Positions 1 through 8,953 of a DNA stretch of 64,000 nt are shown piece after piece. Below the pieces are notes generated by a model, which was not told where the DNA came from, did not search any database, and saw only the letters and a program-made list of their open reading frames with translations. The stretch spans positions 672 to 64,671 of the forward strand of contig CAYGRZ010000001.1 in the NCBI GenBank assembly GCA_964352425.1, in the 5' to 3' direction. Both the position numbers and the translations under genes were made by a program. Numbering within the stretch: position 1 is the stretch's first letter; every line of letters begins with the position of its first letter. This DNA comes from an uncultured Planctomycetia bacterium. GTDB taxonomy: Bacteria > Omnitrophota > Gorgyraeia > 2-01-FULL-45-10.

Positions 1-38
1 TTCTATCTTAATTTCGAAAAAGCTGCAGCATAGTATGA

Positions 39-395
39 TCAGACAGCCAATTTCTTAACGGCATCGAGGATCTGCGTACGCTCAAAAGGCTTTACGATAT
101 AGTCGACTGCGCCTGCGTTTACGGCTTCTCTGGCAGTCTCCACACTCTTATAGCCGCTTGTTACAAGCAGTTTCACCGACGGATTAGCCTCTTTCAGCTT
201 TCTCATGGTTTCGATACCATCCATTCGCGGCATTTTAATGTCGATGATCACGATATCTACGGAGTTTTTCTTAAGTGAATCGATCGCTTCCGGGCCATTG
301 GTTGCAAATAGCAGATCGTAATCCTTTTCAAGTATTAGCTTCAACGATTCCCTGATCCCTTCCTCGTCATCGCAAATTAGAATTCTCTTTTTCAT
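39..395 (-). CDS. Single-domain response regulator (receiver domain)
   Basis: ILICDDE acidic pocket, phospho-Asp in IIDIKMPRMDG, YIVKPF; AAGGAG RBS upstream. Confidence 0.9.
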   Translation of the reverse strand: MKKRILICDDEEGIRESLKLILEKDYDLLFATNGPEAIDSLKKNSVDIVIIDIKMPRMDGIETMRKLKEANPSVKLLVTSGYKSVETAREAVNAGAVDYIVKPFERTQILDAVKKLAV

Positions 396-405
396 GTCAT
401 TCTCC

Positions 406-957
406 TTATAGTGCGGGCGGACAGACGACGCAGATCATGCGCACGTCGGCGGTGCCTATATTTTTGAAATAGTGGGGGGCAGAGGACTCGAAATACAGCG
501 TGTCGCCTCGGGATAGGGCATATTTTTCATCACCGATATCGGCTTCGACTTTTCCGTCGAGAACATACAGGAACTTTTCGATCCCCGGTTTTGTTTCTTC
601 TTTCTGGGTGTTTCCGCCCTTGGCGATCTTGATCATGGTTGGCATCATCTTCTTGTTGAGAACATTCGGCGCAAGCATCTCGGCGGTTGCCTTCTTGTCA
701 TGGACGAACACATCGGTGCGCGTCTTCTTCGTCTGCACTTCGATTGTGCGGGTGGAGGCGACCAGGTCCTTATAGAGGTCGGGTAGGGCTATTTCCAGCG
801 CCTGGCATATGTGCATGTGCGAGTCGAGGGTTCCGGTCATCTTGCCGTTCTCCATCCGGCTTAATGTCGCCAGGGCGACGCCGGACTTATTGGATAACTC
901 GAGAAGCGTCATCTTCTTTTCTTTGCGCAACCTGTGGATTATTTCACCGATCTGCAT
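406..957 (-). CDS. XRE-family HTH transcriptional regulator with C-terminal cupin domain
   Basis: N-terminal LRKEKKMTLLELSNKSGVALATLSRMENG HTH; cupin motifs EKFLYVLDG and GDTLYFESSAPH; ATG 957 chosen over GTG 963 because AAGGAG lies at 968-963. Confidence 0.88.
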   Translation of the reverse strand: MQIGEIIHRLRKEKKMTLLELSNKSGVALATLSRMENGKMTGTLDSHMHICQALEIALPDLYKDLVASTRTIEVQTKKTRTDVFVHDKKATAEMLAPNVLNKKMMPTMIKIAKGGNTQKEETKPGIEKFLYVLDGKVEADIGDEKYALSRGDTLYFESSAPHYFKNIGTADVRMICVVCPPAL

Positions 958-977
958 AGCCACTCCTTTGTATCAGG

Positions 978-1006
978 AGTATACCCCTCTTTTCCTGTAT
1001 TGTCAA
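978..1006 (-). promoter_or_regulatory. Sigma70-type promoter for the XRE-cupin/response regulator pair
   Basis: Minus strand TTGACA (1006-1001), 17 nt, TATACT (983-978). Confidence 0.75.
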
Positions 1007-1037
1007 GTAAAGTTGATTATTAATGAAATATGAACCG

Positions 1038-1071
1038 AAAGAGAAGGGATGCGGCCTGAGCCCGCATCCCT
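1038..1071 (-). terminator. Probable intrinsic terminator downstream of rpmB
   Basis: Stem AGGGATGCGG/CCGCATCCCT (1045-1054/1062-1071) followed by a pyrimidine-rich tract on the minus strand. Confidence 0.6.
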
Positions 1072-1100
1072 ATTTAGTTTGAATTACCCGCTCGGATATG

Positions 1101-1337
1101 CTAAAATTTAACCGCTTTTATGACCTTACCGGCTTTGAGGCATTTTACGCACACAGTGACCCTCATCGGGACGCCCTTCACAAGAGCCCTGACGCTCTTC
1201 AGATTGGGCAGGAACCGGCGAGGGGTGATGCCCGTTATCTTCAGGCCGACGCCGCCTTTTCTCTTCGCTAAACCGCGCCGGACGATAGTCCTGCCCGCAA
1301 CAGGTTTTTTACCGCAGACTTCGCATATTTTTGACAT
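1101..1337 (-). CDS. rpmB: 50S ribosomal protein L28
   Basis: MSKICEVCGKKP...RRFLPNL...VCVKCLK, typical L28. Confidence 0.96.
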   Translation of the reverse strand: MSKICEVCGKKPVAGRTIVRRGLAKRKGGVGLKITGITPRRFLPNLKSVRALVKGVPMRVTVCVKCLKAGKVIKAVKF

Positions 1338-1386
1338 TGTGTGTACTCCGTTTTTGGACGCTCATATTAACACGGGATCCTAGCAG

Positions 1387-3471
1387 ATGCAAGAGAAAAA
1401 TATATTACAGACACCTGTCAGGTATTTCAAAGGGGTAGGCCCCAAGAGGAGCGAGGACCTTGCCAGGCTCTCCATACAGGTGGCCGAAGACGTCCTGTAC
1501 TATCTTCCGTTCAGGTATGAGGACCGTTCCACCTTTACAAGGATACGGGATCTGGCGGCGGGACAGGCGTACACCGTCCGCGGCGAGATCTTTGCCACGA
1601 CGACGCGGCGCACCAGGAGCGGATTGTCCATGTTCCAGGCCACCGTCACCGACCAGGGTGGTTTTATCCATGCCGTGTGGTTCAACCAGCCGTACCTGAA
1701 GGATTATATCCTGCGCGGCCAAAAGGTGATCCTGTACGGCAAGGTCGAGAAGTACGAGGCCCTGCAGTTCATAAACCCGGAATACGAGATATTAAAAGAG
1801 GGAGAGGCCGTCTCCATACACATGGGCAGGATAGTCCCTATCTATGCGTCGACGGGGCAGTTGACGCAGAAATACCTGCGCACCCTCACGTTTCTCGTGA
1901 CGTCGAAATACGGAAGATGCGTCACCGAAAGGCTGCCGACCTACATCATCGCGCGCGAAAAGCTGGTCGATATTAAATTCGCGATAAAGAACATCCATTT
2001 TCCGTCGAGCTTTGAGAGCCTCGAAAAGGCATGCAGGAGGATAGTGTTTGAGGAGTTCTTTATGCTGCAGCTCGCGCTGGCGATGAAGAAGCGGGGCCGG
2101 AAGGCCTCCAAAGACGGCCTGGGGCACGTGCTTTCGGGAGAGCTTGCACAAGTATTCAGGAAGTCGCTGCCGTTCGAGCTGACGGCGGGCCAGAAGAAGG
2201 CGATCGACGATATCGAACGCGACATGTCGTCGACGAGGCCGATGAACAGGCTCCTTGAGGGCGATGTCGGGAGCGGGAAGACGGTGGTGGCCGCGCATGC
2301 GCTCGTCCTGACCGTCCAGAACGGCTTTCAGGGCGTCATCATGGCGCCGACGGAAGTTTTGGCGCGGCAGCATTTCATAGGTTTGAGCGAGCTCTTAATG
2401 CCGCTCGGCATCAACGTCGCGCTCCTTATCGGCGGCATCGATCCCGAGACGAAGAAGAAGATGTATTCCGATATCAGGGACGGAAAGATCGACCTGATCG
2501 TCGGGACGCACGCGATATTGCGGGAAGGGGTGGCTTTTAAGAAGCTGGGGCTGGCCGTCGTCGATGAGCAGCATAAATTCGGCGTCACTCAGAGGGCCAC
2601 GCTTAAAGATAAAGGGTATAACCCGCACATCCTCGTCATGACCGCTACGCCGATACCCAGGACGCTTGCCCTGACCGTGTATGGCGACCTGGATATTTCC
2701 GTTATACGGGAACTGCCCAAAGGCCGCAAACCGATAGCTACATACTGGGTCGAGGAATCCAAGAGGCGCCGTGTATATGATTTCATCATAGAGGAGCTCG
2801 CGGCCCGAAGGCAGGCGTATGTGGTGTGCCCGTTGATTGAGAAGGGCGAAGGGCTGAGGGCGAAGGGCCAGGCGGCGGAAGAATTATATGAAGAGCTCAA
2901 GAATCGAGTCTTTTCCGGTTATGCCGTCGGGCTCCTGCACGGCAGGATGGCATCGAAAGAAAAAGATAAGATAATGAAGGATTTCAAAAAGGGCAAAATA
3001 GACGTGCTGGTCTCGACGGTGGTTATCGAGGTCGGTATCGATGTTCCGAATGCCACGGTAATGCTTATCGAGAACGCCGACAGGTTCGGGCTCGCGCAGC
3101 TCCACCAGCTGCGGGGCAGGGTCGGCCGCGGCGAACACGAGTCGTATTGCATATTGCTTGCCGACCCGAAGACCGATGAGGCCTCCGAGAGGTTGAAGGC
3201 GATCGAGGGCACGCTCGACGGGTTCCAGATCGCGGAGGCGGACCTCAATATTCGCGGGCCGGGCGAGTTCTTCGGCACGCGACAGAGCGGACTGCCCGAG
3301 ATACGGTTCGGCAATATCCTGAAGGACTTTGCCATAATGGAGATCGCGCGCAAGGAGGCGTTCAATCTTATCGCTGTCGATCCGAACCTGAGTCAGGACC
3401 ATCACCGGCTCCTGAAAGAGGCGTTGGCGGCCAGATTTAAAGACAAATTCGACCTGATAAACGTTGCATAA
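1387..3471 (+). CDS. recG: ATP-dependent DNA helicase RecG
   Basis: GVGPKR wedge start, EGDVGSGKT Walker A, DEQHKFG, MTATPIPRT, QLHQLRGRVGRG, RGPGEFFGTRQSG. Confidence 0.97.
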   Translation: MQEKNILQTPVRYFKGVGPKRSEDLARLSIQVAEDVLYYLPFRYEDRSTFTRIRDLAAGQAYTVRGEIFATTTRRTRSGLSMFQATVTDQGGFIHAVWFNQPYLKDYILRGQKVILYGKVEKYEALQFINPEYEILKEGEAVSIHMGRIVPIYASTGQLTQKYLRTLTFLVTSKYGRCVTERLPTYIIAREKLVDIKFAIKNIHFPSSFESLEKACRRIVFEEFFMLQLALAMKKRGRKASKDGLGHVLSGELAQVFRKSLPFELTAGQKKAIDDIERDMSSTRPMNRLLEGDVGSGKTVVAAHALVLTVQNGFQGVIMAPTEVLARQHFIGLSELLMPLGINVALLIGGIDPETKKKMYSDIRDGKIDLIVGTHAILREGVAFKKLGLAVVDEQHKFGVTQRATLKDKGYNPHILVMTATPIPRTLALTVYGDLDISVIRELPKGRKPIATYWVEESKRRRVYDFIIEELAARRQAYVVCPLIEKGEGLRAKGQAAEELYEELKNRVFSGYAVGLLHGRMASKEKDKIMKDFKKGKIDVLVSTVVIEVGIDVPNATVMLIENADRFGLAQLHQLRGRVGRGEHESYCILLADPKTDEASERLKAIEGTLDGFQIAEADLNIRGPGEFFGTRQSGLPEIRFGNILKDFAIMEIARKEAFNLIAVDPNLSQDHHRLLKEALAARFKDKFDLINVA
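2843..2870 (+). repeat. 4x heptamer tandem repeat (AGGGCNN) inside recG
   Basis: AGGGCGA AGGGCTG AGGGCGA AGGGCCA; translates within KGEGLRAKGQ. Confidence 0.8.
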
Positions 3472-3473
3472 TC

Positions 3474-4028
3474 ATGAGAATAATAGCCGGGCAATACAAA
3501 TCGAGGCTCATATCTATGCCGAAAGGCGTCGATATGCGGCCTACACAGGACAAGGTGCGTGGTGCTATATTCAACATCCTGGGCGACCTTAGCGGCAAGA
3601 GGGTGCTGGAGCTCTTTGCCGGGTCCGGGGCGTTTGGTATCGAGGCCATCTCTCGCGGCGCACGGTATGTGACTTTTGTGGATAATAATTTCAGGTGCGC
3701 TGAGACGATCAGGGCGAACCTGCAGTCACTGGGGGTGGCGGAGTCCGTGTATGGTATCATCAGGGCCAATGCCTTGAACGTGCTTCCGGGGCTCTCAAAA
3801 GACGAATCGAAGTACGATATCGTGTTCCTGGATCCTCCCTATTACGAGGGGCTGGCCAAAAAGTGCTTGATTAATATAGACCTGTATGATATATTAGCGC
3901 CCAACAGCGTCATATTTGTCGAGCATTTCAAGAAAGATACATTGACAACGGACCTTAAGACCCTCGTTTTTGATAAAGACAGAAGATATGGGGACACCGT
4001 TGTGTCAATCTATAGGAAAGTGGCATGA
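3474..4028 (+). CDS. rsmD: 16S rRNA m2G966 methyltransferase
   Basis: MRIIAGQYK, RPT, LELFAGSG, FLDPPY; usual position after recG. Confidence 0.94.
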   Translation: MRIIAGQYKSRLISMPKGVDMRPTQDKVRGAIFNILGDLSGKRVLELFAGSGAFGIEAISRGARYVTFVDNNFRCAETIRANLQSLGVAESVYGIIRANALNVLPGLSKDESKYDIVFLDPPYYEGLAKKCLINIDLYDILAPNSVIFVEHFKKDTLTTDLKTLVFDKDRRYGDTVVSIYRKVA

Positions 4029-4519
4029 CCACAGGCAAAACAGCTGTTTATCCCGGCACTTTTGACCCCATAACATACGGCCACATTGACCTCATCGAGC
4101 GGGCTTCCAAGATATTTGGAAAAGTCATCATTGCGGTAGCGCATAACAAGCCGAAAGGCATCCTCTTCAGCGTTGAAGAGCGGGTTGCCATGCTCAAAGA
4201 CGCGGTGAGGGGTATGAAGAACGTCACTGTCGACGACTTCGACGGCCTGGTCGTAGATTACGTCAAGAAGCAGGGCTCCCACGTCATGATCAGGGGCCTC
4301 AGGATGCTTTCCGATTTCGAGTATGAATTCCAGATGGCGCTTACCAACAGGAAGCTGGCCGGCGACATCGAGACGATATTCATGATGCCGCATGAGGATT
4401 ACTCGTACGTGTCGAGCAAGCTGATCAAGGAGGTGGCGTCGTACGGAGCCGATCTGAAAAATTTTGTGCCTGAGAAGGTCGAAAAGGCATTAAAAGAAAA
4501 GATAAGGAGTGGGCGTTGA
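4025..4519 (+). CDS. coaD: Phosphopantetheine adenylyltransferase
   Basis: YPGTFDPITYGH, RGLR..DFEYE, SSKLIKEVA. Confidence 0.97.
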   Translation: MTTGKTAVYPGTFDPITYGHIDLIERASKIFGKVIIAVAHNKPKGILFSVEERVAMLKDAVRGMKNVTVDDFDGLVVDYVKKQGSHVMIRGLRMLSDFEYEFQMALTNRKLAGDIETIFMMPHEDYSYVSSKLIKEVASYGADLKNFVPEKVEKALKEKIRSGR

Positions 4520-5505
4520 GCATAATAGGCGATATCCGGAGAAGGGCGGCAGCCGACCCAAAGAAGGTGGTCCTGCCGGAAAGCGATGACCAGAGGACGA
4601 TAGACGCGCTGAACATCATATTGGACAAAAAGATAGCGAAGATCATCCTCGTCGGGAAAGAGGACGCTGTCAAGAAGGTGAAGAGCAGGAACCTGAGCGA
4701 CCTCGAGGTAATCGATCCTGCGGCGTATAAGGATACCGACAGCATGGCGGCCGAGTTTTACGAGCTTCGGAAGGCCAAGGGAATGACCGCGGAGGAAGCG
4801 AATAAGACGGTGCGGGAAGACTGGATGACGTTCGCGGCGATGCTTGTCAGGCGGGATGCGGCGGTCGGTTTTGTGGGCGGCGCGAACCATACGACCGCGG
4901 CGACGGTCAGGGCCGCGCTCAGGTGCCTCAAGATCGACAGGGAGATCGGCGTTGCGGCCGGGTCGTTCCTGATGGAGGTGCCTAATTCGCCGTACGGGGA
5001 GAAGGGCGTCTTCATGTTCGCGGACTGCGGTGTCAACCCGGAGCCGAACGCCAGGCAGCTTGCGGGCATCGGTGTCCTCTCCGCGCGGCTCTTCCGGCAG
5101 CTCGTCGGAAAGACGCCGCATGTCGCGTTCCTGAGCTATTCATCGAAGGGCAGCGCCGAAGGGCCGCTCGTCGACAAGATCAGGGACGCCGTCGCTAAGG
5201 CAAGGGAGATGATGCCGGATATCTCGATCGACGGGGAGTTCCAGGTCGATAGCGCCCTGGTGCCCGAAGTCGCGAAGATAAAATGTCCCGGAAATGATGT
5301 AGCGGGCAGGGCGAACGTCCTGATATTCCCGGACCTCAATTCAGGCAATATTTCCTACAAACTCACGCAGAGGCTCGCCAACGCGCGTGCCGTCGGCCCG
5401 CTCCTGATGGGATTCACGGAGCCGTGCAGCGACCTTTCGAGAGGGTGCAACGTCGACGATATCGTCGATGCCGTCGCCGTAACGGTGATAAGGGCGCAAT
5501 GTTAA
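4516..5505 (+). CDS. pta: Phosphate acetyltransferase
   Basis: VLPE, ADCGVNPEP, LSYSSKGS, DGEFQVD, FPDLNSGNISYK, DLSRG. Confidence 0.94.
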   Translation: MSIIGDIRRRAAADPKKVVLPESDDQRTIDALNIILDKKIAKIILVGKEDAVKKVKSRNLSDLEVIDPAAYKDTDSMAAEFYELRKAKGMTAEEANKTVREDWMTFAAMLVRRDAAVGFVGGANHTTAATVRAALRCLKIDREIGVAAGSFLMEVPNSPYGEKGVFMFADCGVNPEPNARQLAGIGVLSARLFRQLVGKTPHVAFLSYSSKGSAEGPLVDKIRDAVAKAREMMPDISIDGEFQVDSALVPEVAKIKCPGNDVAGRANVLIFPDLNSGNISYKLTQRLANARAVGPLLMGFTEPCSDLSRGCNVDDIVDAVAVTVIRAQC

Positions 5506-6668
5506 TATTAGTCATCAACTGCGGAAGCTCATCGGCAAAGTACCAGCTGTTTGACGTGTCGGACCATAAGGTCCTCGCGCGCGGTGCCGTCGACAGGATC
5601 GGCCATCACGGCGCGTGCCTGAAACACCACCGCGGCAGCGCTACATTCGAGCGCAGGGTCGAGTGCCGGGACCATAATGTCGCGATCAACCTGATCGTCG
5701 ATATACTTGCCGATAGGCGCCATGGCGTCATACGGTCAAAGGATGAAATAGGGGGCGTGGGCCACAGGGTAGTCCACGGGGCCGAAGAGTTCAAGAACTC
5801 GACGCTGATAACGCCGCGCGTCATCAGGTCGATCGAGAAATACAGCGAGCTTGCGCCGCTGCACAACCCGCCGGCGGTGCTGGGGATCAGGGCCTGCCGT
5901 AACATATTGCCGGGCGTGCCGCAGATAGCGGTCTTTGACACGTCGTTCCATCAGACAATGCCGCCAAAGGCATTCTTATACGGGCTGCCGTACCGGCTCT
6001 ATAAGAAATACGGGATACGAAAATACGGCTTTCACGGCACAAGCCACAGGTTCGTCGCTGAGAAGGCGGCCGAGATTCTCAAGCGCCCGCTTAAAGCTCT
6101 GAAGCTCATCACCTGCCATCTCGGCAACGGCTGCAGCATGGCGGCCGTGGACAGGGCGCACTCTGTCGATACGACCATGGGGTTTACCCCGCTCGAAGGG
6201 CTCCTGATGGGGACGCGGTCGGGCGATCTCGACCCGGCAGTCGTTTTCTACATCATGGAGAAGGAGATGGTCTCGCCGGAGACGATCAGCGATATCCTGA
6301 ACAAGGAGAGCGGCCTTCTCGGCGTATCCGGTATCAGCAATGACATGCGCGATATACTGAAAGCGGTTTCGGGTAAAGGCGAGAAGGCGAAGTGGTCGCG
6401 GATCGCCATAGAGATATTCATCTACAGGATAGTCAAATACATTGGCGCGTACTACGCGGCGATGGGTGGGCTTGACGCGGTGATATTTACGGCTGGGATA
6501 GGCGAGAACAACCCGTGGCTCGTGGGTCGCGTCAAGGCAGCCCTGAAGAATGTTGTTCCGAAGAAAGCCGCATTCATGGTCATCCCGACTAACGAAGAGC
6601 TTTTGATAGCCAGGGATACGTTCAATATAATACAAACCCTTCGGCAGGCTCGGGGTACGTTATCCTGA
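5499..6668 (+). CDS. ackA: Acetate kinase
   Basis: ILVINCGSSSAK, GHRVVHG, APLHNP, YGFHGTSH, HLGNG, PTNEE; start at ATG 5499 overlapping pta. Confidence 0.96.
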   Translation: MLILVINCGSSSAKYQLFDVSDHKVLARGAVDRIGHHGACLKHHRGSATFERRVECRDHNVAINLIVDILADRRHGVIRSKDEIGGVGHRVVHGAEEFKNSTLITPRVIRSIEKYSELAPLHNPPAVLGIRACRNILPGVPQIAVFDTSFHQTMPPKAFLYGLPYRLYKKYGIRKYGFHGTSHRFVAEKAAEILKRPLKALKLITCHLGNGCSMAAVDRAHSVDTTMGFTPLEGLLMGTRSGDLDPAVVFYIMEKEMVSPETISDILNKESGLLGVSGISNDMRDILKAVSGKGEKAKWSRIAIEIFIYRIVKYIGAYYAAMGGLDAVIFTAGIGENNPWLVGRVKAALKNVVPKKAAFMVIPTNEELLIARDTFNIIQTLRQARGTLS

Positions 6669-6682
6669 GTGAAGTCGAAGGA
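6637..6682 (+). repeat. REP-like imperfect palindrome (CCTTCG...CTCRGG / CCTGAG...GTCGAAGG), copy 1, spanning the ackA stop
   Basis: CCTTCGGC pairs with GTCGAAGG and GCTCGGG with CCTGAGT; 6663-6682 is 19/20 identical to 36669-36688. Confidence 0.75.
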
Positions 6683-6698
6683 TACAAAGGAGCTGGGA

Positions 6699-6899
6699 AT
6701 GCCGAATCCAAAACGTAAACACTCTAAGGCACGGCGGGATAAGCGCAGAAGCGCGAACTCGAAGATGTACTCGAACAATCTCTCCGTCTGCTCGCATTGC
6801 AAGAAGCCGAGGATGCCGCACCGTGTCTGTCCGTATTGTGGGTATTACAAAGGCAAGCCGGTCATCATAGTTGAGACGGTCGAAGAGAAGAAGAAGTAA
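6699..6899 (+). CDS. rpmF: 50S ribosomal protein L32
   Basis: MPNPKRKHSKARRDKRR, CSHC...HRVCPYCGYYKG; AGGAG RBS. Confidence 0.96.
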   Translation: MPNPKRKHSKARRDKRRSANSKMYSNNLSVCSHCKKPRMPHRVCPYCGYYKGKPVIIVETVEEKKK

Positions 6900-6938
6900 C
6901 ATAGAGTTTCACCTCGTAAAATTCGGAGGTTGTGTTCG

Positions 6939-7928
6939 ATGAAGATTGTCGTTGACGCGATGGGTAGTGATCGCGCTCCTGCGGTCGAGGTTGAAGGTGC
7001 GGTAGAGGCCGTAAAGGAATATGGCCACGACGTGGTGCTGGTCGGTGACGAGCCGATCGTGCGCGAGGAGCTTAAAAAGCACGAGGACTTCGGCGATAAG
7101 ATCACGGTCGTCCACGCCGGCGAGAGGATCGAGATGCATGAGCCTGCGGCGATCTCGGTTAGGCGCAAGCGGAAGTCGTCGATTGTCGTCGGCATGGAGC
7201 TGCTCAAGCGCGATGAAGCCGACGGGTTCGTCAGCGCCGGCAATACAGGGGCCGTCGTATGCGCCGCGATGCTGTCGCTCAGGCTTCTGCCGGGCGTAGA
7301 GAGGCCGGGGATAGCCATCGTCATACCGACGCTCCTGGGCACGTCCGTTATCATCGATGTGGGTGCCAACATCGACCCGAAGCCGATGCACCTGCTCCAA
7401 TACGGGATAATGGCGGATGCGTATTGCAGGTACATATTGCACAAGGAAAATCCAAAAGTCGGCCTGCTGAATGTCGGTGAGGAAGCATCGAAGGGCACCG
7501 ATTTTATCAAGGAGGCTCACACGCTCCTCAGCGAATCGAAGCTCAATTTTATAGGCAACATCGAAGGGCGGGACATCTACGCGGGTACCGCGGATATAGT
7601 CCTGTGCGACGGGTTTGTCGGTAATGTGATACTGAAAGTGTCCGAGAGCGTCATCGATACGCTGGTGAAGCTGATCAAACAGGAGATCAAGGCGAATTTC
7701 ATCGCGACGCTCGGCGCGCTGCTGGCGAGCCCCGCGTTCAACGCGCTGAAGAAGAAGATGGACTACGCCGAGTACGGCGGGGCGCCGCTGTTGGGCGTAG
7801 ACGGAAGGTGCATCATAAGCCACGGCTCGTCGACCCCGAAAGCGATAAAGAACGCGATACGCGTTGCGGCCGATTTCAAAACCAACGATGTCAACAAACA
7901 TATCCTCGAAGAACTGGAAACCTACTAA
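6939..7928 (+). CDS. plsX: Phosphate acyltransferase PlsX
   Basis: MKIVVDAMGSD, SAGNTGA, DVGAN, GLLNVGEE..KG, CDGFVGN, YGGAPLLG; GGAGG RBS. Confidence 0.96.
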   Translation: MKIVVDAMGSDRAPAVEVEGAVEAVKEYGHDVVLVGDEPIVREELKKHEDFGDKITVVHAGERIEMHEPAAISVRRKRKSSIVVGMELLKRDEADGFVSAGNTGAVVCAAMLSLRLLPGVERPGIAIVIPTLLGTSVIIDVGANIDPKPMHLLQYGIMADAYCRYILHKENPKVGLLNVGEEASKGTDFIKEAHTLLSESKLNFIGNIEGRDIYAGTADIVLCDGFVGNVILKVSESVIDTLVKLIKQEIKANFIATLGALLASPAFNALKKKMDYAEYGGAPLLGVDGRCIISHGSSTPKAIKNAIRVAADFKTNDVNKHILEELETY

Positions 7929-7930
7929 AT

Positions 7931-8917
7931 ATGTGCCAAACGAAGAAAGCCGGGATACTGGGGTTAGGTAAATATCTTCCCGAGAAGAGGCTTACGAACA
8001 AGGACCTCGAACGCATCGTCGATACGACTGACGAATGGATCTTCACGCGCACCGGGATAAAAGAGCGCCGGATAGCCCGCGACGACGAAGCGACCAGCGA
8101 CATGGCTACAGAGGCTGCCAGGAAGGCGCTCTCGGCCGCCGGCCTGGAGGCGAAAGATATCGACCTGATCATCGTGGCCACGATAACCCCCGACATGTTC
8201 TTCCCGGCGACGGCGTGCCTTGTCCAGGAGAAGATAGGCGCGCGCCAGGTTCCGGCATTCGATATAAGCGTCGCCTGCTCAGGATTTATCTACGGGCTTT
8301 CGATAGCAAATCAGTTCATAAGCTCAGGTACCTACAAGCACGCGCTCGTGATCGCCGCCGAGAAGCTGTCGTCGATAACCGACTGGACCGACCGGTCGAC
8401 CTGCGTGCTCTTCGGTGACGGGGCAGGCGCGGCGGTGCTCGGCCCCGTCGAGAAGGGCGGGATACTTTCGATGCATCTCGGCGCCGACGGGAAGCAGGGC
8501 GACCTGATAAAGCTGCCCGCCGGCGGCTCGCGGATACCGGCCAGCAGGAAGAGCGTCGAGGACAAGCTCCACTTCATAAAGATGAACGGCGCGGAGCTCT
8601 TCAAGCATGCCGTGCGCATCATGGCCGACGCGGCGCTTGAAGCGACGAGGCCGCTCGGGCTGAAGGCTGACGACCTGAACCTCGTCATACCGCACCAGGC
8701 AAATATCAGGATCCTGAATGCCGCGGCAAAACGGATGGGCCTGTCACAGGATAAGATATACCTGAATATCGAAAAATACGGCAACATGTCGGCAGCTTCG
8801 AGCGCGGTCGCGCTCGTCGAGGCCGTTGAAGAAGGCAGGATCAAGAAGGGCGACAAGATCCTGCTCGACGCCTTCGGCGGAGGGCTGACATGGGGAGCTA
8901 TAGTGATCGAGTGGTGA
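7931..8917 (+). CDS. fabH: 3-oxoacyl-ACP synthase III
   Basis: DTTDEWIFTRTGIKERR, ACSGF, LFGDGAGA, PHQAN, YGNMSAAS, AFGGGLTWG. Confidence 0.96.
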   Translation: MCQTKKAGILGLGKYLPEKRLTNKDLERIVDTTDEWIFTRTGIKERRIARDDEATSDMATEAARKALSAAGLEAKDIDLIIVATITPDMFFPATACLVQEKIGARQVPAFDISVACSGFIYGLSIANQFISSGTYKHALVIAAEKLSSITDWTDRSTCVLFGDGAGAAVLGPVEKGGILSMHLGADGKQGDLIKLPAGGSRIPASRKSVEDKLHFIKMNGAELFKHAVRIMADAALEATRPLGLKADDLNLVIPHQANIRILNAAAKRMGLSQDKIYLNIEKYGNMSAASSAVALVEAVEEGRIKKGDKILLDAFGGGLTWGAIVIEW

Positions 8918-8953
8918 CCGCATGTTAAATTCCAATTTCCAAAGGACATCATC

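Noticed and set aside
1331-1360. TTGACA at 1331-1336 as a recG promoter
   Set aside because: No credible -10 box at 16-18 nt spacing; the hexamer is explained by the rpmB start codons on the other strand.
8928-8941. AATTCCA ATTTCCA between fabH and fabD as a heptamer array
   Set aside because: Only two imperfect units; compatible with the period-7 pattern but too weak alone.
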